Below, piece by piece: positions 37,813 through 48,300 of a stretch of 64,000 nt of DNA. Every line of letters begins with the position of its first letter. Within the stretch, counting starts at the first letter, position 1. The notes under the pieces were generated by a model. The model saw nothing but the letters and a program-made list of their open reading frames with translations. It was not told the DNA's origin and searched no databases. The stretch is taken from the sequence record PV158447.1. One strand, written 5' to 3'. Both the position numbers and the translations under genes were made by a program.

Positions 37813-37844
37813 CCATTTATTTTGAAATAGATATTATCTAAGGG
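37813..37844 (+). promoter_or_regulatory. Putative early promoter
   Basis: CCATTTATTTTGAAATAGATATTATCTAAGGG. Confidence 0.65.
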
Positions 37845-37974
37845 AATGGAAAAGTTAATGTAAACGTTTATATTTGATTTAAAGAGTTAAGGTAAGGAAA
37901 GTTACTGAGACTAGAGAAAGAATTGAATAGAGATCGATACAGAGCGTTTAAACAACATTTAGGAGAATAGAAAG

Positions 37975-38673
37975 ATGAGCTTTAAAGAGAACTTTACCAC
38001 ACTGGTAGGAATGTCCTGTAGTTTCTACTACCAAGATCAGTTTATTCCCCGTATCAACAAAATGATGGAAGAAGGGAGGAGTGAGATCGGTATTTTAAAT
38101 TCCTTTATCTTCAATCATTTCAATTTGGTACGTCTGGAGAATGGTAACTACCAGATAGAAGCTTTTGTTCGAGATGAACACGTAAAGGACCTTCATGGAG
38201 AAAAAATCAAGGAATTTACCAGAGATCACTATCTGAAGTATTATCGCGCTGTTGAAAGGCATGTGGGGGTGGTTTCCAAAGAGAAGTTGGAAAGTGCTAT
38301 TTGTGATGAACTCAACAACGATAATGCCGAATTCAAATTCAAGAAGAATTGGAGAAGGAAAGTTTTAGGTTGTGGGATTTCTACTGTCGGGAGATTGACC
38401 TGGTGGTTTGATATTCGCTTGGTCCCTGATAATCAAACTGCTCATAATGGGACTAAGGTCGTATGGTCGATAGATGAGGCAGGAATGATCGATCGGTGGC
38501 ACAAAGGTAACGTCATCGCCAGCTACATGGAAGACAACTGGCATCTTCCTGAGCAATCCATCGTTTTACAGAACGTAAAACTGTCAGATAAGAATGAGAA
38601 CTACTACAAACAGGTTCTGAGTCGTGTATTGGCCAAAGAACTGATGAAACGTTTGAAAAGCCAGGTATTGTAA
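37975..38673 (+). CDS. Hypothetical protein (232 aa)
   Basis: AGGAG RBS. Confidence 0.72.
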   Translation: MSFKENFTTLVGMSCSFYYQDQFIPRINKMMEEGRSEIGILNSFIFNHFNLVRLENGNYQIEAFVRDEHVKDLHGEKIKEFTRDHYLKYYRAVERHVGVVSKEKLESAICDELNNDNAEFKFKKNWRRKVLGCGISTVGRLTWWFDIRLVPDNQTAHNGTKVVWSIDEAGMIDRWHKGNVIASYMEDNWHLPEQSIVLQNVKLSDKNENYYKQVLSRVLAKELMKRLKSQVL

Positions 38674-38707
38674 TAAATCCATTAACTTAGAAAAGAGGGA
38701 GCAAGAT

Positions 38708-39313
38708 ATGACTAAGAATGAACTGATCTTCAAAATAAAAGAAACTATCTTCCTGACAGAAATGGCCATTGAACAAACCAGATCCCGGAATCCACCCAGT
38801 GTCAGACTCTCATACACTCTGGAAAATCTTATTACTCTCGCTCGGGATGGGATTAATGACGACATGTCGGAAGCGTTACCTAGCATCAAAGATGGATTGG
38901 AACAGATGTTATCGGTAATTGAACACTCCCACACTCTTGAGGATTGGATAGAAGGTTGGGATCGTTTCGTCTATAAAGGTCAACGTTTCTTTACCTTTAT
39001 TGATCCAGGCTCGAGTTATTTGAATACGGAAAGTATTCACTCTGATCTGGACAAAGAAACACTGATCAAAGTAATCAAACACATCTATAAAACGACGGGT
39101 GATTATAACCAAGCTGTCCACTACGTAGCGCCACTTCAACAGGATCTGAGAGATCTTTGTCTGTCGCTTGATTTGGATGACGAAGCTTACTTTAAACTTC
39201 TGAAAGAAATGGCCGATGTGACTATGGGAGGCGGCGATTCTTATAACAATATCACAATTGTGTTGTTCGAGTTAATGCGGCGCCGGGATATCCTTAAAAC
39301 TATTGGGGAATAG
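38708..39313 (+). CDS. Hypothetical protein (201 aa)
   Basis: GAGGGAG RBS. Confidence 0.72.
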   Translation: MTKNELIFKIKETIFLTEMAIEQTRSRNPPSVRLSYTLENLITLARDGINDDMSEALPSIKDGLEQMLSVIEHSHTLEDWIEGWDRFVYKGQRFFTFIDPGSSYLNTESIHSDLDKETLIKVIKHIYKTTGDYNQAVHYVAPLQQDLRDLCLSLDLDDEAYFKLLKEMADVTMGGGDSYNNITIVLFELMRRRDILKTIGE

Positions 39314-39318
39314 AGATC

Positions 39319-39837
39319 ATGAAAGAAACCATTAGACCAATACATCGTTTCACTGACCTAACTAGTCAGTTCTTTTGTTACGTAAGTAAAGAGGGTGACG
39401 AAATCTTGTTCAGCCGAACTATGTTAAACTTTGAAGGGTATCGAGAAATCAAGAACATCCGAGAAGCCACCATCTTGATGTTCAATGAGTGTTACTTCTC
39501 TCACTTCGAACTGGACGGTGTTTTGATATTCAAAATCTCTGGTTATTTAGTTAACGGGGAACACATCGGAAATGGGCTGATGGGATCCTTTTCTCACATT
39601 GGAGTTATGATCAGTCCTTGGTATCCGTCAAAGGGATGTGTTAGTAGAGCAATTTATGAACATGCGAAACAAAAGTCCAGGGCTGCCTTTCTGAACACAA
39701 AGATCGAACTCACCGAAGATCAGGTTGAAGATAATCCCAAACCAACCAACATTACCAGAGATAAATTGATTACTTCTGCTATTATCTCTGGGTTGTTCTG
39801 TCTGACTCTCTGGTACGCCCTGTATGGAGTTAAGTGA
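39319..39837 (+). CDS. Hypothetical protein with C-terminal transmembrane helix
   Basis: Ends LITSAIISGLFCLTLWYALYGVK. Confidence 0.7.
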   Translation: MKETIRPIHRFTDLTSQFFCYVSKEGDEILFSRTMLNFEGYREIKNIREATILMFNECYFSHFELDGVLIFKISGYLVNGEHIGNGLMGSFSHIGVMISPWYPSKGCVSRAIYEHAKQKSRAAFLNTKIELTEDQVEDNPKPTNITRDKLITSAIISGLFCLTLWYALYGVK

Positions 39838-40190
39838 TGTTCCGTCGTCTTATCAATAGTTGGGTTAGGAAACGTGTTAAAAAGCTCATGGAGAGCCGTA
39901 CAGTCGACTTGATGTTTATGTCGGACTACAATCACATGGTTAAGCGGAAATCTGGAAGTCGGTACTTTAACTACATCGCTTTAGATGGAAAGATGTACCG
40001 AGCTAAATTTAGGTGGTGGAGAACCAGACACTACATCCATTTTGTCAAAGTCCCGTTCCACTTGGGCAAACAAAGACTCGACCTTCAGAAGTCTCATCAT
40101 TTTATCAGTATCTACATGTTGGATGAGAAATGGTTAGGATTGAAAATAGAATACCGTAATCCTGAAAGACCTCTGGATAAAAGGAAATAA
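39834..40190 (+). CDS. Basic hypothetical protein (118 aa)
   Basis: GTGA overlap, GGAG RBS; R/K-rich. Confidence 0.65.
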   Translation: MMFRRLINSWVRKRVKKLMESRTVDLMFMSDYNHMVKRKSGSRYFNYIALDGKMYRAKFRWWRTRHYIHFVKVPFHLGKQRLDLQKSHHFISIYMLDEKWLGLKIEYRNPERPLDKRK

Positions 40191-40192
40191 TT

Positions 40193-40579
40193 ATGAAAAT
40201 GATCGAAACCGATCTTTACGAAACTCTATATTGTTCTTTAAAGACTGACTACGAAAACAAGAAGTTCACGAAACAGGAAATGGGGCTTGAACTGTTGTCA
40301 CTGGTAACGCAGGGAAGGATTACCGGGGAACCTGGAGAAGTGGCCGGAATGTTTGGTTGTTTCCTGCTAGGAAATTCATCGTCAGACCACTTATTGGAGT
40401 ACTTGGATAAAGTCAGTGAGAAATCCACCTGGGACAATTCGGAATGGATTGGAAAGATTCTATCTGCTATCAGGGCAGAATCTCAAGAAAAACAAAATAC
40501 CCATATCCTGGATTTGTTGGTCACCATTAAACTGTTTGTGATTAAAGATGATCTTGCTTTATTTGCAAGGTCCCTTTAA
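40193..40579 (+). CDS. Hypothetical protein (128 aa)
   Basis: AAGGA RBS. Confidence 0.7.
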   Translation: MKMIETDLYETLYCSLKTDYENKKFTKQEMGLELLSLVTQGRITGEPGEVAGMFGCFLLGNSSSDHLLEYLDKVSEKSTWDNSEWIGKILSAIRAESQEKQNTHILDLLVTIKLFVIKDDLALFARSL

Positions 40580-40615
40580 CTGGGGTTACCATCCTGTAAC
40601 TAAACAGGAGGTATC

Positions 40616-40960
40616 ATGAATGATGAAATAATGTTTAAGTTGTCTAACAAACGTTTCAAGACAGAATACGCCACTAATCCAAGCGGATATAGAAACAACC
40701 TACTCCGACAACTACCTGGAGTGAACGCACATCCTCTTACTTTATCATTTCTGGATAGGAATGTGAGTGAAGAGAAGATGAGAGAGTTTATTGAACTCCA
40801 AACAAAGGTAATGAAAGAAGTATTGGGTAAAACACGTTCTACCGAATCTCGGTTAGGTGAACATGTTCTTTTACTTTGTTCAGATGCTTTCTTTGAGTTA
40901 TCTGGGGAAGAAGTTGAATCGGTTATCCGTAAAGTCTTGAGAGACAGTATCAAGTTGTGA
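40616..40960 (+). CDS. Hypothetical protein (114 aa)
   Basis: AGGAGGT RBS. Confidence 0.72.
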   Translation: MNDEIMFKLSNKRFKTEYATNPSGYRNNLLRQLPGVNAHPLTLSFLDRNVSEEKMREFIELQTKVMKEVLGKTRSTESRLGEHVLLLCSDAFFELSGEEVESVIRKVLRDSIKL

Positions 40961-40994
40961 TCTGATTGATGGTGAAATGGGTATTTTACAAATC

Positions 40995-41350
40995 AAAATG
41001 TATACTATGTATTTCACCGTCTTTTCTCTGACTGTTTTTCTTCTACTTCTCTCTGATTCTCTTCTTACACTTTTGAGTGTTTAGGAGGGGGTTTGGGGGT
41101 GGTCAGGAAGGAACTCGGTCAGGAAGGAATGAAGGTCAAATACCGAAAAGATCGAAAAGATACGGGGGTTGAGGCGGAAGCCTAATTAGTGATTATTGAG
41201 AAGAGAGATAGAGAAAGAGATTAAGAAGAATAGATAAGAGAATTACATTGAATTGAGATAAGGATTAGGGAAAGGGGGTCCGGGGGAAAACCCAAAAATG
41301 AAGAATTAAACTCACTTGGGAGAAATCCTGAGTGGGTAAGGGTTTTGTTT
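40995..41350 (+). repeat. Intergenic element D (homologous to element C)
   Basis: TATACTATGTA, pyrimidine tract, ACAC/GTGT hairpin, AGGAGGGGGTTTGGGGGTGG, AGGC-GGAA-GCCT, purine tract, GGGGGTCCGGGGG. Confidence 0.65.
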
Positions 41351-41398
41351 GTTCACTGTTAAATTCATTAATTGCACTATTTAGATTAAAGAGAGGAA

Positions 41399-42148
41399 AT
41401 GACCATGAATGCATCTAAGATTAGTTTCAAAGAGATTCGTGATAATGCTGAACTGATGTCTGAAGTTCTTCAGCGTGCTATTAAATATTTCAAAGGGAGT
41501 AAACTGGGACCGTCAATCGGTTATTTCCGAGACAACGTCATGGGACAGACCATGAAGGTTTATTGTGAGGTAACTAGTGATAATAAAGAGATCTCAGTTA
41601 AGATAGGGGGTTATACTCACGAGATGAAAATCTACTACACTTCCGAAGAGTGGAAACTGGAAGAACTCCCCGAATTGAAAGAGTTAAGTGATCGCTTGGT
41701 TGCTAATCTCTGTTTCAAACTGAGTCAACATGTCCTGATAAAGATCGAGAACGGGAGATTCGTTGAAGCATTGTCTTCATACGTACTGGATAATGAATGG
41801 GATATTATCCGTGAATGGTATCCCCACGTTACTTGTGAGACGAAAGAGAACGGTTTCAAATACCGCATAGAAACACCTCAGGGCGATTTGATCCAAAAAG
41901 TTAACAAAGTGGTGGGGTTCGATAAACAAAAGCTTCCTGGACTTTCCTGTGGGCTTCTGGACACCCATTTGGGTCGTGGAACTCATTGGGAGTATGGTGG
42001 CGTTATTCCCACCGACACTGCTGAACATTCCGAAGATTGTTACACATTCCACGGAGAGATCTACGATCGTTTGATAGACGATCTGACTACCTTAGGGATG
42101 TTGGGTCACTTGGAGCACGGGATATTCAAACAACGTGTTGAGTTTTAA
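41399..42148 (+). CDS. Hypothetical protein (249 aa)
   Basis: GAGGA RBS. Confidence 0.72.
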   Translation: MTMNASKISFKEIRDNAELMSEVLQRAIKYFKGSKLGPSIGYFRDNVMGQTMKVYCEVTSDNKEISVKIGGYTHEMKIYYTSEEWKLEELPELKELSDRLVANLCFKLSQHVLIKIENGRFVEALSSYVLDNEWDIIREWYPHVTCETKENGFKYRIETPQGDLIQKVNKVVGFDKQKLPGLSCGLLDTHLGRGTHWEYGGVIPTDTAEHSEDCYTFHGEIYDRLIDDLTTLGMLGHLEHGIFKQRVEF

Positions 42149-42167
42149 TTTAACCAGAGTGTCGTAA

Positions 42168-43097
42168 ATGAACATAATGTTAAAGGACAGATCGGAGCAG
42201 ATTGAGTGGGTACTAAACACTAAATCTGAACTTGCGACTTTTGAACAAGTCTTCCCTTTAGCCCAAAAGCAAATCCAGATAGATGGGCAGGAAAGTGAGG
42301 GAACTAATGCCATTTTGTTAGAAATAGCGAAACAAGCTAAAATCTCTTTTGATTATGAAATGACTCCTTCTATTGCTGGATATGAAAGTTTCGTTTCTGC
42401 AATTAAAGGTGGGATTGAAAAGATCGAAGACCTAATTCGTGGAGATCGCTCTGCCCGTAAGAAAATCATTCTTGGTAAGGAGCAAGAAGTAAAGGACGCC
42501 ATCGCCGAATACACCAGTGAGAAATTTACTTTCAAAAACAAAGAAGGGGATGGTGAAATTCAAACCTCCTTTCCTGGTGGAGTCAAAACCGTCGGGGAAC
42601 TGATCTCTGCGATAAAGAAAGCTAACTCCGAAACTAAGTCGATGTTGGTCAAGTATCAGAGTGACGCTACCCAATTCGGTAAGGTTATGTTGTCGCTTTA
42701 CAAGAAAGTTGATAAGGGTGGTGAAGTGAGTTCCAAAGAACACCCTTCTCTGATCGATGTGAAACCACTGGAAAGTCTCACCGACTCCCTGAAAGATAAG
42801 ACCAAGAAAAGTCCTGTGAAGATTAAGTTGTTGTCAGAATCCGAAGTGAAAGCTGTCATTATGGTTTTCAAGGAAATTGGAGAGGCAATGGCTTTTCTGA
42901 ACAAAGGTCTCGATTCGCTGTATAGCTATTATCGTGCGTATGAAGATTACGATGATTATGATGATGTTCTAAGTGATGTCAGTAGTAAGATGGATGAACG
43001 TATCGATGATATCTCATTCCTTTCGTTAAACTACGAACGTTTTATTACATCAAGTGCTCAAGGATTGGAAGAGGCACTGCTGAAGTCGATCAAGTAA
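42168..43097 (+). CDS. Putative internal head (ejection) protein of the phiKZ-type paralog families
   Basis: N-terminal propeptide-like region with GQESE and AGYESF sites, followed by a helical K/E-rich body. Confidence 0.55.
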   Translation: MNIMLKDRSEQIEWVLNTKSELATFEQVFPLAQKQIQIDGQESEGTNAILLEIAKQAKISFDYEMTPSIAGYESFVSAIKGGIEKIEDLIRGDRSARKKIILGKEQEVKDAIAEYTSEKFTFKNKEGDGEIQTSFPGGVKTVGELISAIKKANSETKSMLVKYQSDATQFGKVMLSLYKKVDKGGEVSSKEHPSLIDVKPLESLTDSLKDKTKKSPVKIKLLSESEVKAVIMVFKEIGEAMAFLNKGLDSLYSYYRAYEDYDDYDDVLSDVSSKMDERIDDISFLSLNYERFITSSAQGLEEALLKSIK

Positions 43098-43121
43098 GTT
43101 AATTAATATAGGAATTTTGTT

Positions 43122-43547
43122 ATGTCTAATGTCATTGCCTTAGTGCCGGGTAATCGAATGAATTTGGAAGTCGTGTTAGATAAGTTAGTGGAGTTTGTAG
43201 AACGTCTCCGCAAACAAGTCAGTACGAATCAGTTTGAAACCGCTACCAAATTTAACTTCAACCACACGACACTGGGCTATGAGCTGTGTGCTCGTCCAGC
43301 TTACAAGTTTCTGGGTCCTAACCAGATCTGTGCTTGGAAGTGTAAACCTTACGTACAACGTCCTCAGATGAAGCTGGGGAGCTTTCAGGTGAAGTTGTTT
43401 GGAGAGCCTGTGGGTCACATCTTCATCAACGTAGCGCACGTTCTAGGTGACGAGCAGATAAGCAAAGACGACAAACAGATTACTGAACTCCTGAATGGAA
43501 TCATTAAACTAGCTAATCGTCGGACAGAAGAAAAACGAATTGCATAA
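43122..43547 (+). CDS. Hypothetical protein (141 aa)
   Basis: AGGAA RBS; terminator at 43553-43584. Confidence 0.7.
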   Translation: MSNVIALVPGNRMNLEVVLDKLVEFVERLRKQVSTNQFETATKFNFNHTTLGYELCARPAYKFLGPNQICAWKCKPYVQRPQMKLGSFQVKLFGEPVGHIFINVAHVLGDEQISKDDKQITELLNGIIKLANRRTEEKRIA

Positions 43548-43552
43548 TACAA

Positions 43553-43584
43553 AGGAACTCACACCCAGTTGGGTGTGAGTTCCT
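43553..43584 (+). terminator. Intrinsic terminator
   Basis: AGGAACTCACACCC-AGTT-GGGTGTGAGTTCCT. Confidence 0.78.
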
Positions 43585-43599
43585 ATTATATTTTAAGCT

Positions 43600-43632
43600 C
43601 CATTTATTTTCAAATAGATATTATTAATATGT
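43600..43632 (+). promoter_or_regulatory. Putative early promoter
   Basis: CCATTTATTTTCAAATAGATATTATTAATATGT. Confidence 0.68.
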
Positions 43633-43663
43633 ATAAACAACCAATAAACATTTAGGGGTTAAT

Positions 43664-44296
43664 ATGAAAACTAAACTTACCGCTTCCCAAAACGTAGACG
43701 TTCTCAACATGCTTAAGCGCATAATGAGGGATATGGGTCAGAAGTACCAAGAACAAGGTTTGAACATCGGTACATACCAGATTGTTGAAAATGGAATCGA
43801 AGCCAAATACAATATCCATCTGAAAGTAGATGAGTGGATCGTTGTTATGGATCTGAAATACAATGGTCAAGAGATCGGCTTTTACACCGGTGCTATCACT
43901 GATCTGGATGATCGTTACATCGGACAACATGCCACCACCCTGATGAACGTCTGGGAATTCCAGCTAGCCAGACCCTGGAAGTTGGCAATGTTGACAGGGA
44001 TGAAAATATTAAAGGCAGTTGAACTTGGGATGAGCCTTACCGTTGTTAGTAATAACAACAAGTGGAATGCGGGTAAGGAAGGTTCCAATGAATCTGGAGA
44101 TGAGTTCGCGATCACTATTGGAGTTGAACGCGTTAACAATCTGTTTAAGATTTCCCTTGATATTCCTGGCCTGAAAGAATGTAACGTAGCTGGTACAATT
44201 AGTGTCGGTACGGCAACTGATGTTTCAGAAATAATGACCCTAGTTTCTTCTCTCATTGAACTGTTGGAAGAGAAACTGAGAGCTCACTATAATTAA
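43664..44296 (+). CDS. Hypothetical early protein (210 aa)
   Basis: AGGGG RBS after the promoter. Confidence 0.72.
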   Translation: MKTKLTASQNVDVLNMLKRIMRDMGQKYQEQGLNIGTYQIVENGIEAKYNIHLKVDEWIVVMDLKYNGQEIGFYTGAITDLDDRYIGQHATTLMNVWEFQLARPWKLAMLTGMKILKAVELGMSLTVVSNNNKWNAGKEGSNESGDEFAITIGVERVNNLFKISLDIPGLKECNVAGTISVGTATDVSEIMTLVSSLIELLEEKLRAHYN

Positions 44297-44311
44297 TACG
44301 AGGATTAATTC

Positions 44312-44641
44312 ATGAAAGAGCTTGGAATTAAAAAAGAAGTAATCGGTAATCCAACACCCCTTTCGGTTTTGGGCCTCTGTAAGAAACTGGATTGGATTTT
44401 AGCCGGATTCGTAACAAGGGTAATCTCAGAAGTCACCACCATCCATACTCTTGTTTACCAGGGAAATGAGATTGAGTTGTCCATGACGTTCAAAATCTCC
44501 TTGGAAGGTAAGTATTTCGAAATGTACCTGAAAACATCAGAACCAAGGGAGAGAACGACCCAATGGTACGGAGCTGATCTAACAGTAGAAGCTCTGCTTG
44601 AAACCATTATCCAATTCCTGGAAGGTGCTGATGATGAATGA
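44312..44641 (+). CDS. Hypothetical protein (109 aa)
   Basis: GAGGA RBS. Confidence 0.7.
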   Translation: MKELGIKKEVIGNPTPLSVLGLCKKLDWILAGFVTRVISEVTTIHTLVYQGNEIELSMTFKISLEGKYFEMYLKTSEPRERTTQWYGADLTVEALLETIIQFLEGADDE

Positions 44642-45032
44642 TGGACGTTATGACATCTTTCTCTCTGGCGAAAAGATCAAGATCAAAGACTCCCTCGGTA
44701 AGGGGGAGTTGGCGATTATCTTTAAACCAGTTAAGAAGAAAGAAGGGTTCGAGTTAATTCATGGGACGTTGAATGATATTCTTTTGGCCGTTAAGCAGAA
44801 GAAGTTGGAATTCACGTTACAGGGCTACTCAACGATCACTGTGCGACACGACGTCAATCTGAGTGGATATGTTCACCTAAAGTCCTCCCACCTCTCAGAT
44901 TGTGTTATACGTGATTCTACACTCAAGCTGGTTTGTATTAAACCGTACTCTGAAATCATTAATTGTCAGCTGGAACGGTTTGGTAAAACAGGAATGGGTA
45001 AAGTGGTTCTCCATAACCGCAACTACAATTAA
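44631..45032 (+). CDS. Hypothetical protein
   Basis: ORF 44598-45032; likely start near 44631/44634 after GAAGG. Confidence 0.62.
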   Translation: MMNDGRYDIFLSGEKIKIKDSLGKGELAIIFKPVKKKEGFELIHGTLNDILLAVKQKKLEFTLQGYSTITVRHDVNLSGYVHLKSSHLSDCVIRDSTLKLVCIKPYSEIINCQLERFGKTGMGKVVLHNRNYN

Positions 45033-45039
45033 GGGATTT

Positions 45040-45351
45040 ATGAAAAGACCTAATCCGTTTTCTCGTTTCATGAACTCGCTGACCAGACTCGTTACGAACG
45101 ATCCGGTTTTCAAACATCGTCCATTGAATGCGATTACGTATAACTCACTAGGTAATCAAGGAAAGATCAAGCAGATCCACTTGGTTAAGAACAGTGATGG
45201 TAATTGTACCGGACATATCACGGTAGAGAAGAAACAGATCCCGATCGTTTCAGAAGGAAGTTCTTTAAAGTTTGGACTTCCCCCTTACGTCACATTTGAT
45301 GTGACTCAACAAACCGAAATTACTCACTTCCTCAATACTGTCAATGCTTAA
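45040..45351 (+). CDS. Hypothetical protein
   Basis: ORF 44902-45351; ATG 45040 after AAGGG. Confidence 0.6.
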   Translation: MKRPNPFSRFMNSLTRLVTNDPVFKHRPLNAITYNSLGNQGKIKQIHLVKNSDGNCTGHITVEKKQIPIVSEGSSLKFGLPPYVTFDVTQQTEITHFLNTVNA

Positions 45352-45367
45352 CTTTGGAGAAAATAAC

Positions 45368-48300
45368 ATGAACAAATTGCCCGCACTCGTCCTGAACATC
45401 CTGGCTCAATTCGTCAACAACCGCGAGATTTATCCTCGTAAAGCTTACGCCGATAAAGACTTCGGTAGTCCTGAAGCGATGTTTGATCACCTCTGCCGTT
45501 CCGTATCCACTCCCCAGACCAGTTTGATCAAAAATCATTCCCATCCTGAAATCTGGGATTTAATCCAAAAATCCAAAAATGAACAATGTGATTCATCCAT
45601 TCTTTTTGAGTTTTTATCGGAAGTGCTCTACACTGCTGAAATTTCCGACCAGAGTAAAGAAATGATTTATTCGGAGATTCTGGATTTTATCCATACTTAT
45701 GCTTCGTTTTATGATGGTCATCTGTACTTCCAATATTACAAACCAAACAAGTATAAACTCCATTCGGTGGACCTTTTCCAGACCCTGGATAAGCATTGTG
45801 GAATTTCTCAATCTGAAGAAGTGGCGTTGAAAGACACCATCGAAGAACTCTGGGACAATTACGGGGCTGGATTGTTCACGCTTCTGGATGAGTACATCAA
45901 ACCAGATGACATCCGTCCCGAAGATCCTACTAAGTGGATTGAATTCACTTCCAAATTGATCAAGCGAGCCGCTATCCAATATGTGGATAAAGAACCCAAG
46001 AAGGAAGAGACCGCACCTGAACAATTCGATGTCAAAGGAGTGAGGGATGAGTGCATGATCCACCCAGCTCATCACGCTCTCGCTAACCATGAAATGGACA
46101 TCGGTTATCGCGAACAAATATTGGACATTATGAGGAAGACACCTCTTGAAGTTCTGGAATCTGGGTTGTTTGATTCTGGGATTATTCGGAAAATCAAAAC
46201 TGCTGGCTCTCCAGCACTCCAATACACCGTACTCAGCAACGAGTTCCATCACAAATTCGGTCGTTATGCAAAGATGGAAGAGAAGAAGAAAGAACTTCCT
46301 ACCTTTGACTGTGGCCCTACTTTGGAACATCTTGCACAAAAAGGTTTGACCCCGGCAAAAGGCTTCGGCGGTCGTCACTATGACGAACCGATGGTTACTG
46401 ATGAGGATGTGCTGAAATCACTGATCCATTTCCCAGCCCTGTTTGATCTGGTGAAGTGCACCTGGCCAGCAGCAGCCAATACCAAGATCCTCACTGTTAA
46501 TGACTTTGTGGATATGTACAACAACATGAGCGATAAGGACCTGGCCAAACACCTCATCGTTCGTTGCACCAATCTGTGCAATCGCTACAACACCCACATC
46601 TCCAAGTTCAAAGATCTGGAAGAGTACCGTCTCTTTGTTGCCGAGAAAGCCAAAGAAAAAGCTGGAAAGATCCCTGGACCTGTCGTGGTGACGCCGGTGT
46701 TTAAACAAGAAACCCATGAACAACGAGAAGCTAAAATGAAAGAACAAAGCAAGATCAATGTGTTCCGCTCCTTCCTGCGTTTCATGCAGAACGAACTGAC
46801 CGACGATGCTGTCTCTGACCTGAACACAGCTATGGAAATCCTGGAAGGTGAATTCACCACTCCCGAGTTCTGGGAGTTCATGGATAAGTACGCACCTACC
46901 GGTATGCGTTATATGATGATGGGTGACGGCATGGACCAAGACCTGGTCTTCCACGTTGAGGCTCTGTTCTCAGCTCACCGCATGCAAGCCATACGTGGTG
47001 ACAAGTTCGATCTGTCTCCGCAATTCGATAACAAAGACATGCCGCAATGCCAGTGTCCTAGCTGCAAGGCTGACCTGGAAGATCGGATGGCTAATCTGGT
47101 TTCCGAAGCGATGACCGATGAGCTGCACACTCGGATGAAGAAGGGTGATCTGGGTAAGGATCAGAAAGCCGAGCAGATGGCCCAAGAACTCATGAGTTCT
47201 TTTGCTAGCGAGTTGACTGCTCTCGCGGCCAACATGTTTGGTCCCCGTCCCGGTCCAGGTGTTTCGACTTTGGCTGAAGTAACCAAAGACCTACCTAAGT
47301 CTTGGAGGGAGTTCGAGAAACAGAAGTTGGATAAAGCCTTTGACGAACTCATCGCTACTATCACCAAAACCCCAATCAAGATCGAACTTGATGAGGATGT
47401 GGTGATGGCTAAACGACGTGATCTTCGTAAAGGCTCCTTCCTTGATGTCAAACTCCCTCTGCCGGTTTGCGACTGCGAACGCTGCAAAGCTGAAGGTCGT
47501 GGTTCTGAGGTAGTAAACAATGCAATTGATGAAATCAGTAAAATGATGGAAGAGATGCTAGAACCTACCAAGGGATTCAATCCTGGTTTCCTGAAGGCCA
47601 ACGATCCTGACTTCCGCAATGCGCTCTTCGGTGCGATGAGTAGTGAACTCAGTGAACGTCTGAACTACCGGGACATTTATTTCCTGGACTCTATTATGGA
47701 ACCGGGGATGGTACAAGAGAAGGAAAAGAATCCGATGAAGATCCTCAAGGGGCGTGAATTGGTATTGGGTGAGGGTGGTCGTGATGGTCGTTTCTTCATG
47801 TTCGATCCTGCAACCAACTTCAACCGCCTGGCTGTTGTGATGGGTATTCAGAACGGTTCTCTCCTGAAGTTCGATACATCCACCAAGAAACTGGACAGCC
47901 TTGCTGACAAGATCATTGCAGGTGAAGTCGACTACCAGGAATCTCTGCGTGAACTCCAGGATATCGGAGAGCGTCACATCGCTGAGGTCAGCATTAAAGA
48001 TCTGTTGTTGGTTATTGCCAAGAAGCAAGGTGTCATTGACATCGAGAAGATTACCTTCGATGCAATGAGTCCGAATGACTTCGGCTCCATCCTCAAATAC
48101 AAGATCAGCCTGATCCGTCAGTTCAAGGCAGATGTAAAGCTGGAACGGAGCAAGAAGAAGTTGGAGATCCTGCGTAAGGAGATGATCGATGCGATTAAAA
48201 TGGGGATCGCTTCTGCCCAGAAGACCTTTATGACCTCGGACATCAAGAGTGTGGTTGAAACCATCAAGTTGGACAAGGGTAACTTTGCAGGAACTCTCTC

